Assembly: GCA_001302985.1 (NCBI GenBank)
Contig: LJNG01000014.1
Coordinates: 1-16,601 of the forward strand
DNA length: 16,601 nucleotides
Source of the DNA: Parcubacteria bacterium DG_74_3
GTDB taxonomy: Bacteria; Patescibacteriota; Minisyncoccia; Minisyncoccales; DG-74-3
Reading direction: 5' to 3'
Part shown: positions 1-6,823 of the stretch, piece by piece
Position numbering within the stretch: the first letter of the stretch is position 1
Layout: the number at the start of each line of letters is the position of its first letter
Made by a program: the position numbers and the translations under genes
The notes under the pieces: model-generated
Told to the model about the DNA's origin: nothing
Seen by the model: the letters and a program-made list of their open reading frames with translations, nothing else
Database searches by the model: none

Positions 1-1227
1 CCTTTTCAAGTTCGTCAAAGTCAATCACATATTTGCCATCTCTTAATATCACAATCTCTGAGGTTTCGGTTCTTACTCCGCCAGCAAAATCTGCTACATA
101 AGTTGTGTATTTTTCTCCATTAATGTCAAATATCGGGTCAATAGTACCAACAGTGAGCTTTCCCAAACCACCTCCTATAACCACTCCGTCTGTAGAAGCA
201 GTTCCGAATCTGGCTGTGGTAGCTCCTCCACTTGCCACATCCAATTTGTATCCAGGGCTGGTATTGCCAATACCAAGTCTTTTATTGGTATTGTTCCAAT
301 AAAGACCAACATCTGAACTAATAGTGCTAGGACCTGAAAAGAAGGCAACCTGGGTAGCTGTTCCTCCTCCTCCTATACCTCCGGCTGGCGCAGAACACTT
401 TAAGGTTCCTTCCACTCCATAGGCATATTGACCTGATGGACAATCAGCAGGAAATGAAGTAAGTCTTGCCCAGGGAATAGAACCAGCTGTAAGAGAGCCC
501 AACCAAGAAACATTGCCTGTGTTGGTAATTCTCATTAGTTCTCCGGTAAGGCTGTCCCAAAATCTTACTCCCTTGCTATCTCCCAGCCAAATCGTATGAG
601 GGGTAGCCTGGGTTCCCCGAAGCAAAATTTTATCATTACCGGCAGTATTAATGGTTAGACCGCCTGTCATTGTGTCGCCTGTTACATTAACAAATCTAAC
701 ATCACAATCTGGACAGCTTATTCCTCCAACTGGACAATTGGTGCCATTTTGCAGACAGACATTCTGCCCACTTACAGTGGCGTTCCCGCTTACTGTAAGA
801 TTTCCGTTAATGAGAGTTGGTCGCCACAAATGAATATTATTAGCTGTACCATAAAGGTTTAAATCACCATCTGCGTTTGACCTATTAGGGGGAGAAACAT
901 CAATTATCCAAGCAGCTGTTGTTCCGGCCCAACTTAATCCCTCTCCTACTCCTGGATCGTTAATAATAAGGTTATTAATATTGTTTATGTTATTGTTGGA
1001 CATACCAAGACCGCCTGTCATTGTATCGCCTGTAGCGTTTACATATCTGCCGTCAGCCCATGTTGTGTCGACGCTTACTGTATTCGCAGCCACTGTTATT
1101 CCTGTACCTGCTCCCACGTTTAAGGTTAAATTTCCATTAGCTCCACCATCTGTAGAGGTAAGACCGCTCCTTTCGTCTACTCCACAGACTAATTGACCAG
1201 CGATAGCATCAATGGTATTGCAATTGC
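1..1227 (-). CDS. Tail-fibre-like / beta-helical surface protein, C-terminal body. It is partial and runs off the left edge, and it has no convincing start of its own.
   Basis: My own translation of the minus strand (codon low coordinates = 2 mod 3) is open from 1252 down to base 1, where it is still open. The ORF track omits it because no stop lies in the window. The product is Gly/Thr/Asn-rich. It has two copies of (Y/F)VNxTGDTMTGGL, a phage tail-fibre hallmark, 117 codons apart. It also has a Cys cluster (CLQNGTNCPVGGISCPDC), a GGIGGGGTATQVAFFSG segment and LYWNNTNKRLGIGNTSPGYKLDV, typical of tail-fibre/endosialidase-stalk-like proteins. The first in-frame ATG is at 1021 and the first GTG at 1117, and neither is followed by a signal peptide. 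Confidence 0.75.
658..1033 (-). repeat. Intragenic direct repeat. 25-nt blocks at 658-682 and 1009-1033 differ at one base and encode the GDTMTGGL motif.
   Basis: gaccgcctgtcattgtGtcgcctgt versus gaccgcctgtcattgtAtcgcctgt on the plus strand. The spacing is 351 nt, or 117 codons, indicating a duplicated protein module. Confidence 0.8.
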
Positions 1228-1695
1228 CTAACCCAGCCCAGTAACTCTCAAATTACCATAGACGTCCAGATCGCTTCCAATGCTGGCTTTGGTCCAGTCT
1301 CCACCATAGTTAAATCTTATCTCAGAGGGACCAATGTCTACTATGGCTCTTCCTGGAGTTCCCCTTCTTGTGCTATTTCCGATTTTAAAATCAGCACAGC
1401 CAATAGAGGCTGTAAAAGAATCTCCAACCGTAAGACCGCCGGCATTAAATTGTCCCTGGACGGTTAAATTTCCACTTTTAGTTTGAGCCGTGGAACCAAT
1501 ATTAATTGGGGCTGAAATATTACCCCCAGGTGGAGCTACGCTGGGCTCGGTCCAAGCTCTAACGATAAAACTAATTAAAAAAACCGTTGCTAACACACCG
1601 ACCACTAAAGCAATGGTTTTGTTTGCCCTATTAGGTCCCTGTAGCTTCGACCTGCTCTTTGGGGATCCAAGGAGCGCTAAATTGAAGTAGTTCAT
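1228..1695 (-). CDS. N-terminal membrane-anchor/signal segment plus first beta-rich repeats of the tail-fibre-like surface protein. It is probably the 5' part of the same gene as 1-1227.
   Basis: 155-aa ORF with a basic N-terminus and one hydrophobic helix (IALVVGVLATVFLISFIV). This is followed by VRA/WTEPSVAPPGGNISAPINIGSTAQTKSGNLTV, then a Gly-rich beta-type sequence that continues in style into the downstream frame. It ends at TAG 1228-1230. Confidence 0.7.
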   Translation of the reverse strand: MNYFNLALLGSPKSRSKLQGPNRANKTIALVVGVLATVFLISFIVRAWTEPSVAPPGGNISAPINIGSTAQTKSGNLTVQGQFNAGGLTVGDSFTASIGCADFKIGNSTRRGTPGRAIVDIGPSEIRFNYGGDWTKASIGSDLDVYGNLRVTGLG

Positions 1696-1859
1696 TTTTT
1701 TAAAAGAAGTTGCGAAATTCAGTAAAAATTCTATAGTGTCTCGACCCGCATTTCCACTGAATTCTTGTAAACTTCTTTTTGTTAATGATTATTTAACAAA
1801 TTAGACCTTGTTTAATTTTAACACATTCGAAAAATAAAAAATTTTAAAAATAAAGAAAA

Positions 1860-2432
1860 TTATCTGATTGCTTTTCCTAAAATCCCTGATTTATCTACCA
1901 GACCAAAGATAGTAGAGTCGATAGAGCCAGAGGGCAAATTGCCCAATAATAAAAGGGTGTTATCGGGGATAATGCCCCTATAATCTTTTTCGTATAGTTT
2001 AAGCATACCTACTCTTTTTTCATTTAGAAGATAAGGGATGCCTTCTGAGTTTTGGAGTATGTTACCGTTAATTAAAACATGCCAGCCCTGTTCAGTTTCT
2101 TTTAATTGAAATCTATCGCCAGAAACTCCTTTGACAATTTTTATAATTGGCTTTTCAAATCCTGGGTAGTTAAGTAAAACAACATCTTCTCGCTCTACCT
2201 CGTTGCAGTTATAATAGTCAAATAAGATTTCTACTACTTCTCCTGACTCAATTAAACCATTAAGGGAGTTGCCTTGGACAATTTTTTTTTCGGTTTGGAT
2301 TACGCACTCTTTATTAAGATTTTCTAGAGAGGGATCTAGTTTATTTAAATAAAAGTAAAAGAAAAAAATAAAGACCAAAAAGCCAGATATTATTAAAAAC
2401 ATAATTAATCTTAAATGATATTTCTTAATCAC
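1860..2432 (-). CDS. Signal peptidase I-like (S26 family) membrane-anchored peptidase
   Basis: N-terminal TM helix (LIMFLIISGFLVFIFFFYFYL). VQGNSLNGLI matches the SPase I Ser box (GxSMxPT-like, Ser retained). IIKIVKGVSGDRF matches the Lys box (IKRVxGxxGD). LLLGNLPSGSIDSTIFGLV matches the GDNxxxSxDSRxxG box, followed by a C-terminal ILGKA. Confidence 0.6.
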   Translation of the reverse strand: MIKKYHLRLIMFLIISGFLVFIFFFYFYLNKLDPSLENLNKECVIQTEKKIVQGNSLNGLIESGEVVEILFDYYNCNEVEREDVVLLNYPGFEKPIIKIVKGVSGDRFQLKETEQGWHVLINGNILQNSEGIPYLLNEKRVGMLKLYEKDYRGIIPDNTLLLLGNLPSGSIDSTIFGLVDKSGILGKAIR

Positions 2433-2501
2433 AAAATTGAAAAAACTTTACAGCCTGAGCTTGTTTTCTTTTTGTATTAAGTTGCTCCCAATGAATGCCA
2501 C

Positions 2502-3107
2502 TTAATCAGAACAGCACCAAACGCGCTCATAATCAACGCAGTTGGAAACTGTAAAATGATACCACATAGTAGCTCCACCAGTAGAATCCTTAAAAGTGTT
2601 CATCTCTGCTGTTTGTCCGTAATAGACGCTGCTAACGCTCGTCCAGTCCGAACAATCTGAATCTTCTCCACTCAGGCTGCCTGATTTAGTATCAATCCAA
2701 CCCTCTGGTCCTCCTCCAGGACTGGTATCCCTACCCGTTCCTGAGGTTTCTACTCTTCTTCCTCCCATTGCAAACTCTGAGGTATCACATATATGATATC
2801 CCGACTGGCAACAAGCGCCAGGATTATCATCGCAATTATGATTACCCCTAAATGTACTACTAGTAAGATACAGGGTGCCTGCTCCTCCGGCTGCGACAAC
2901 AGCATTGTCTACGTAGTCTTTGGTGACAGCGTCTGAACCAGATGTAGGAGTCCCCAAATTAATGATTTTATTAAGGGCCATATCTAATTGAGTTTCTATT
3001 TTGAGAGCAGCTAAGGCCACTAAACTGACCAAGAATAGAGAAATTAGAACTCCTGAAATTAGGGTTATGGTTTTAATGAGTTTAGTGTGATTCATATTTA
3101 TTTTCAC
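2502..3107 (-). CDS. Secreted or membrane-anchored protein with a tail-fibre-type N-terminal motif and a Cys-rich C-terminal domain
   Basis: It has a TM/signal helix with ALA-A type cleavage context. LDMALNKIINLGTPTSGSDAVTKDYVDNAV matches the NxKIxNLxxPTxxxDAVNKxYVD motif common in phage tail fibres and tailspikes. The C-terminal ~115 aa carry 8 Cys, ending VWCCSD, a pattern reminiscent of endostatin/DUF1554-like lectin folds (from memory, unverified). Confidence 0.6.
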   Translation of the reverse strand: MKINMNHTKLIKTITLISGVLISLFLVSLVALAALKIETQLDMALNKIINLGTPTSGSDAVTKDYVDNAVVAAGGAGTLYLTSSTFRGNHNCDDNPGACCQSGYHICDTSEFAMGGRRVETSGTGRDTSPGGGPEGWIDTKSGSLSGEDSDCSDWTSVSSVYYGQTAEMNTFKDSTGGATMWYHFTVSNCVDYERVWCCSD

Positions 3108-3133
3108 TAAATTAATAATTTTTTTATTACCTT

Positions 3134-3637
3134 TTAGCGAACCACCATTATTCCGGTTTCTCCATGACCTGGTAAATGGCAGAAAAACTCGTATTCTCCT
3201 GGCTCTTCAGGTGCATAAAAAGTTATAGCCCGAATGGGATCATGAGAACCAACACCAATAGCAACCTCGCTTAACACATCATCTCTAAATTTAAAAATAT
3301 GAACTCCCTGGTCCCCATTAATAACTGTCAAAACCACTTTTTCTCCTCGCTGAACTTCGAAAGTCTCGGGACTATATCCTTTTTTAGTCACTGTAAGCTT
3401 AATAGAATCAGCAGGAATTTCGCTTTCTTTAAGTGGGGGCGACTCTATTGGATTTTCAGGATTTTGCCAGTCTTCGGTTGGGGTTTTTTCGAAAGTTATT
3501 TTCTCTTCAGTTCCCCCTAATAATCCTTGAGTTAAATCTTTTTGGCCCTTTTGACCAGGAAACACAACTAAAAGGATTATTAGGCTCACTCCTAACAGTA
3601 CAGCCAAAACAATTAAAATGATTCTTTGTTTCTCCAT
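3134..3637 (-). CDS. Membrane-anchored cupredoxin-domain (type-1 blue copper-like) protein
   Basis: N-terminal TM helix, then a C-terminal ~100 aa with the cupredoxin_1 pattern: FEVQRGEKVVLTVINGDQGVHIF ... GEYEFFCHLPGHGETGIM. This supplies His, Cys, His and Met ligands in canonical order. Confidence 0.65.
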   Translation of the reverse strand: MEKQRIILIVLAVLLGVSLIILLVVFPGQKGQKDLTQGLLGGTEEKITFEKTPTEDWQNPENPIESPPLKESEIPADSIKLTVTKKGYSPETFEVQRGEKVVLTVINGDQGVHIFKFRDDVLSEVAIGVGSHDPIRAITFYAPEEPGEYEFFCHLPGHGETGIMVVR

Positions 3638-3718
3638 ATGTACACGTACAATAAAAGGTTTTTTTATTTGAAAGCCCTATTGTCTTTTTTCTAAACCCAA
3701 AACAATACTTTCTGTCTT

Positions 3719-4132
3719 TTATTCGATCTCTCCTTCTAAATCTTGGGGAGTAGAGGGTATTTGTTGTTGAGGAACAATCTTTCCCTGAGCACGAGCTTCA
3801 ATGTACTCAACTACCGGACTGGTAGGCGCTAACCTTACTATCCAAACCACACTCTCAGAGTTCAGTTTAAGTTTTCCTCTCGGAGCCCAAAAAGCGTCTT
3901 GAAAACGTTCTACGCTGATTGGCGCACCTTGATCTTGACTCACCCTAAGATAGTAGGAGTCTTCTAAAATGTAGCGAGAGCAGCAAACCAGTTTACCAAA
4001 ATAAATATCGCCAGTAGAAAGATAAACAGCATAATAGTTTGACCTATAAAAAAATTTCCAGATAACAAAACCTATTAATACTAATATAAGGAAGAACGTT
4101 GCTGATAATAAGATAATCTTTTTTTTCTCCAT
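3719..4132 (-). CDS. Hypothetical membrane-anchored protein
   Basis: 137-aa ORF with a single N-terminal TM helix (ILLSATFFLILVLIGFVIW) and a YYAVYLSTGDIYFGKL segment. I recognise no family. Confidence 0.5.
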   Translation of the reverse strand: MEKKKIILLSATFFLILVLIGFVIWKFFYRSNYYAVYLSTGDIYFGKLVCCSRYILEDSYYLRVSQDQGAPISVERFQDAFWAPRGKLKLNSESVVWIVRLAPTSPVVEYIEARAQGKIVPQQQIPSTPQDLEGEIE

Positions 4133-4247
4133 ATTTTATAAGCAATTAGGGCTTTTTCGACCTTTAAAGGTGGTGCCCAAAAAGCACTTTTTTAATTGTA
4201 GCATATTTTCGTTTTTATCGCGTTTTATTCTCTTCCAAATAAAAAAT

Positions 4248-4260
4248 GCCTCAAAGGGGC
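4248..4260 (-). terminator. Weak candidate rho-independent terminator downstream of clpP
   Basis: The minus-strand RNA GCCCC-UUU-GAGGC has 4 of 5 pairs, with a C.A mismatch on this strand. It is followed by AUUUUUUAUUU. It is the only hairpin plus U-tract between the clpP stop and the next gene. Confidence 0.3.
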
Positions 4261-4295
4261 GTCTTAACTATTTATATGACTGGTTATATGACTGG

Positions 4296-4883
4296 TTACT
4301 TTTTACTTTTTATTACCTCATCAATGATTCCGTACTCTTTTGCTTCCTGGGCTGAAAGGTAAAAGTCTCGATCAGTATCTTTAGCTACTCTTTCCAAGGC
4401 TTGGCCGGTATGTTTTGCTAAAATCTTGTTAAGCTTGTCTTTGATTTTAACAATTTGTTTTGCGGTAATCTCAATCTCGATTGCTTGACCCGCTACCTTT
4501 CCAGCTACTTGATGAAGTAAAATCTCAGAATTAGGAAGGGCAAATCTCCTTCTCTTGGTACCTGAAGCCAGGATGGTGGCTGCCATTGAGCCTGCCAAGC
4601 CCACACAAACTGTAGAAATAGGACATTGAATATATTGCAAGGTATCGTAAATGGCTAAACCCGCAGTTACCGAACCTCCGGGAGAATTAATATAAAGCTT
4701 AATGTCTTTTTTGGGGTCTTTGGAGGATAAAAATAAAAGTTGAGCAATAATTGAATTGGCTGTAACGTCTGTAATGGGGCCTGCCAAAAGAACAATTCTA
4801 TCTTTCAAGAGCCTAGAGTAAATATCATAGGCTCTTTCGCCGTGTTGAGTTTTTTCAATGACAGTTGGAACTAAATAAGCCAT
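4296..4883 (-). CDS. clpP: ATP-dependent Clp protease proteolytic subunit
   Basis: [46 protein letters not shown], the catalytic Ser context GLAGSMAA, His in LLHQVAG and Asp in [14 protein letters not shown] place the start at ATG 4883 (MAYLVP...). The tracked TTG start at 4910 lies inside the intergenic tandem repeat. Confidence 0.9.
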   Translation of the reverse strand: MAYLVPTVIEKTQHGERAYDIYSRLLKDRIVLLAGPITDVTANSIIAQLLFLSSKDPKKDIKLYINSPGGSVTAGLAIYDTLQYIQCPISTVCVGLAGSMAATILASGTKRRRFALPNSEILLHQVAGKVAGQAIEIEITAKQIVKIKDKLNKILAKHTGQALERVAKDTDRDFYLSAQEAKEYGIIDEVIKSKK

Positions 4884-4888
4884 ATTAA

Positions 4889-4980
4889 TTTTGAGCGAAG
4901 CGAGAAACAAGGTTCTGGCGAAGCCAGGTTCTTATTTTGAGCGAAGCGAGAAACAAGGTTCTGGCGAAGCCAGGTTCTTA
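4889..4980. repeat. Perfect 46-bp tandem duplication (2 copies) in the tig-clpP intergenic region
   Basis: ttttgagcgaagcgagaaacaaggttctggcgaagccaggttctta occurs at 4889-4934 and again, identically, at 4935-4980. Each unit carries GCGAAGC twice, 23 bp apart, and a ctggc-gaa-gccag hairpin. A partial gttctta follows at 4982-4988. Confidence 0.95.
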
Positions 4981-4985
4981 TGTTC

Positions 4986-5873
4986 TTATTTTTTAATAAA
5001 ACCCTCTAAAAATTGAAAGGTTTTCTCGTTTATAAGCGCTTCTTTAGTATAATCTTTTAGGCGCTCTGGGTCAAGATTTGTTTCTAAACCAGGATTGGCA
5101 ACTGAAATTTTCTTTATTTCTTCTTCAATTTCTTTTTCTGTCACTGATATGTTTTCTTTTTTACCAATTTCTCTTAAAACCAAAGATTTTTTAATTCTAG
5201 TTTTGGATTCGGGTAAAAAAGAATCTAGAATCTCTTTTTCTGTTTTTTGTAGTTTGGCCAAATAGTCTTCAAAGCTTATTTGAAGAGTTTGAACTACTCC
5301 ACTTTTGAGACTTTGGAGCATTCTTTTTTTCTCTTCCTCTATTAAAATTTCAGGTATATCAACCTTGCTCTCGAGGGCTATTTTTTCTAAGATTTCTCTT
5401 CTCATTCTTTCTTTTTCCCATCTTTCTTTTTCTTGCCTTAATTTTTCTATTTCCTCTTCTGTCACCTTAACTTCTTTTTTCTGAACCCGAGAAGTAAGGC
5501 TTTTGTAATCTGGTAATTTAATTTCGGGTAAAATCCAAATTTTAGCTTTAAATTCAAGGGGGTTATTTGGGGCTAATTTCAAAATTTCAATTTCTGGCTG
5601 AGAAATAATCTTAATTTTATCTGCTAGCTGATTGATGGCCTTAGGATAATTCGTTTGAATAGCCATTTCAGCTGCTTCCTTTAAAATATTTTCTGGGCTC
5701 ACCTCTTTCTCAATGACTTCTTTTGGTGCTTTTCCTTTTCGAAAACCCTTCACTTCCAAGTTTTGGCCCAAGCTCAAGACTGCTTTTTTAACAAAGATTT
5801 GAAACTCTTCTGGTGGAACCTCTATTTTTAACTCAATTTGTGTTTGAGAAATTTTATTAACTGTAGTTCTCAC
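4986..5873 (-). CDS. tig: Trigger factor, short form lacking the FKBP-type PPIase domain
   Basis: The N-terminal ribosome-binding domain carries the signature GFRKGKAP. The sequence then passes directly from the linker (VKVTEEEIEKLRQEKERWEKE) into a Trigger_C-like helical region (KVDIPEILIEEEKKRML...). It is 295 aa, versus about 430 aa for canonical TF. It has a GTG start that overlaps the ppaC TGA by 4 nt. Confidence 0.8.
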   Translation of the reverse strand: MRTTVNKISQTQIELKIEVPPEEFQIFVKKAVLSLGQNLEVKGFRKGKAPKEVIEKEVSPENILKEAAEMAIQTNYPKAINQLADKIKIISQPEIEILKLAPNNPLEFKAKIWILPEIKLPDYKSLTSRVQKKEVKVTEEEIEKLRQEKERWEKERMRREILEKIALESKVDIPEILIEEEKKRMLQSLKSGVVQTLQISFEDYLAKLQKTEKEILDSFLPESKTRIKKSLVLREIGKKENISVTEKEIEEEIKKISVANPGLETNLDPERLKDYTKEALINEKTFQFLEGFIKK

Positions 5874-6823
5874 TTCTTTTCTAAAAATTTAAGTAGTGGG
5901 GGTAAGATTTGTTTTTTTCTGGAAACTACTCCTGGTAAAAAAATTAGGTTTTCTTTTGTTTTTTTCTTAAATATTTTTTCAGCTAACCCTTTTTCTTTTT
6001 CTCCCAGAATAAAAAGAGTGCTGTTTTTTTCCAAAATATCAATTAGGGCGAAAAACAGGAAGTCCGCCTTTCTTTTCTTTTTTAATTTTGCTAAAGCAGA
6101 AAAAATATCTTTTTTTATTTGAAATATCTTTTGGGGAGAAGTTGTTTCCCAAACGCCAATAGCAAAATCTGTTCTTCCGGCCTTAAATTCTTTGTAATCT
6201 GTAGCTACCAGTTTGTCTGGAGAAATACCTGTAATATCAGATTTTACCTCAAACATTTTTTTGGCTAATTTATTTATATTTTCTTTGGAGATTTTTGCTA
6301 AAAACTGAACAATTTTTTTATCTTCTGTGGTGGTGGTGGGAGAGGTGAGCTTTAAGGTATCAGACAAAATGGCAGAGAGAAGCAAACCCGCTTCTTTTTT
6401 CTTTAAAGAGAGATTGTTTTCCAAAAACATTTTTGCCAAAATTGTGCTTGAGCTGCCAATTGGTTCTGCTCGATAAAAAATAGGAGAGACTGTTTTTAAA
6501 CCTCCTAGCTTATGATGGTCTAAAACTCCAACAATGTTTGCTTTTTTAATGCCCGGGGCTGCCTGTTCATAATCTCCGTGGTCTACAAGAAAAACATTTT
6601 TGTCGGAAAGAGATTTTATAATAGGGGGAGCTTTTTGTTTAAAATATTTTAAGACAAATTTTGTTTCTTTATTAAGGGGGCTGGGGCTGGCGACCCTAAT
6701 CTTAAAATTTAAAAAGCCAATAATGGGCTTTTTTATTTTTTGAAGAAATCGAGCAAAAATTAAAGAGGTGACGATTGCGTCAGTATCCGGGGTTTTGTGA
6801 CCAATAATAATTATTTCCTTCAT
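5870..6823 (-). CDS. ppaC: Family II (Mn-dependent, DHH/DHHA2) inorganic pyrophosphatase
   Basis: IGHKTPDTDAIVTS (DHH motif I), VDHGDYEQA, LDHHKLGG (the DHH motif), ILSDTLKLTSPTTT (characteristic of family II PPases), and a C-terminal DHHA2-like region. The length of 317 aa is typical. Confidence 0.8.
   Translation of the reverse strand: MKEIIIIGHKTPDTDAIVTSLIFARFLQKIKKPIIGFLNFKIRVASPSPLNKETKFVLKYFKQKAPPIIKSLSDKNVFLVDHGDYEQAAPGIKKANIVGVLDHHKLGGLKTVSPIFYRAEPIGSSSTILAKMFLENNLSLKKKEAGLLLSAILSDTLKLTSPTTTTEDKKIVQFLAKISKENINKLAKKMFEVKSDITGISPDKLVATDYKEFKAGRTDFAIGVWETTSPQKIFQIKKDIFSALAKLKKKRKADFLFFALIDILEKNSTLFILGEKEKGLAEKIFKKKTKENLIFLPGVVSRKKQILPPLLKFLEKK

Noticed and set aside
105-1196. Plus-strand ORFs 105-302, 651-833 and 981-1196, which give Pro/Val/Thr-rich products.
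   Set aside because: They are antisense shadows of the long minus-strand Gly/Thr/Asn-rich fibre ORF. They have low complexity, no family resemblance and no start context.
1189-1230. In-frame read-through or recoding of TAG 1228-1230 as the way to join the two fibre ORFs.
   Set aside because: The same frame hits a second TAG 12 codons later (1189-1191), and the intervening peptide (AIAIPLMLSLVN) does not resemble the fibre sequence. The -1 frame is the one that stays open and stays homologous in style.
4169-4198. Hairpin gtgc-N7-gcac followed by T6 on the plus strand, which looks like a terminator.
   Set aside because: The stem is only 4 bp, and no plus-strand gene lies upstream for it to terminate. 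On the minus strand it lacks a trailing U-tract.
4273-4296. A 12-bp tandem duplication (tatatgactggt x2) at the clpP stop, giving three in-frame TAA codons on the minus strand.
   Set aside because: It is real, but it is short and most simply explained as slippage duplication of the stop-proximal sequence. There is no evidence of function beyond redundant stops.
4884-4910. The ORF track starts clpP at a TTG (4910), adding MFLASLKIN to the N-terminus.
   Set aside because: The extension lies inside the perfect intergenic 46-bp tandem repeat. ClpP homology begins at [10 protein letters not shown], so ATG 4883 is the credible start.
4889-4980. Possible CRISPR array, since it consists of identical 46-bp direct repeats.
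   Set aside because: There are only two copies and they are directly abutting with no spacer. No cas genes or leader are present, so it is a tandem duplication.
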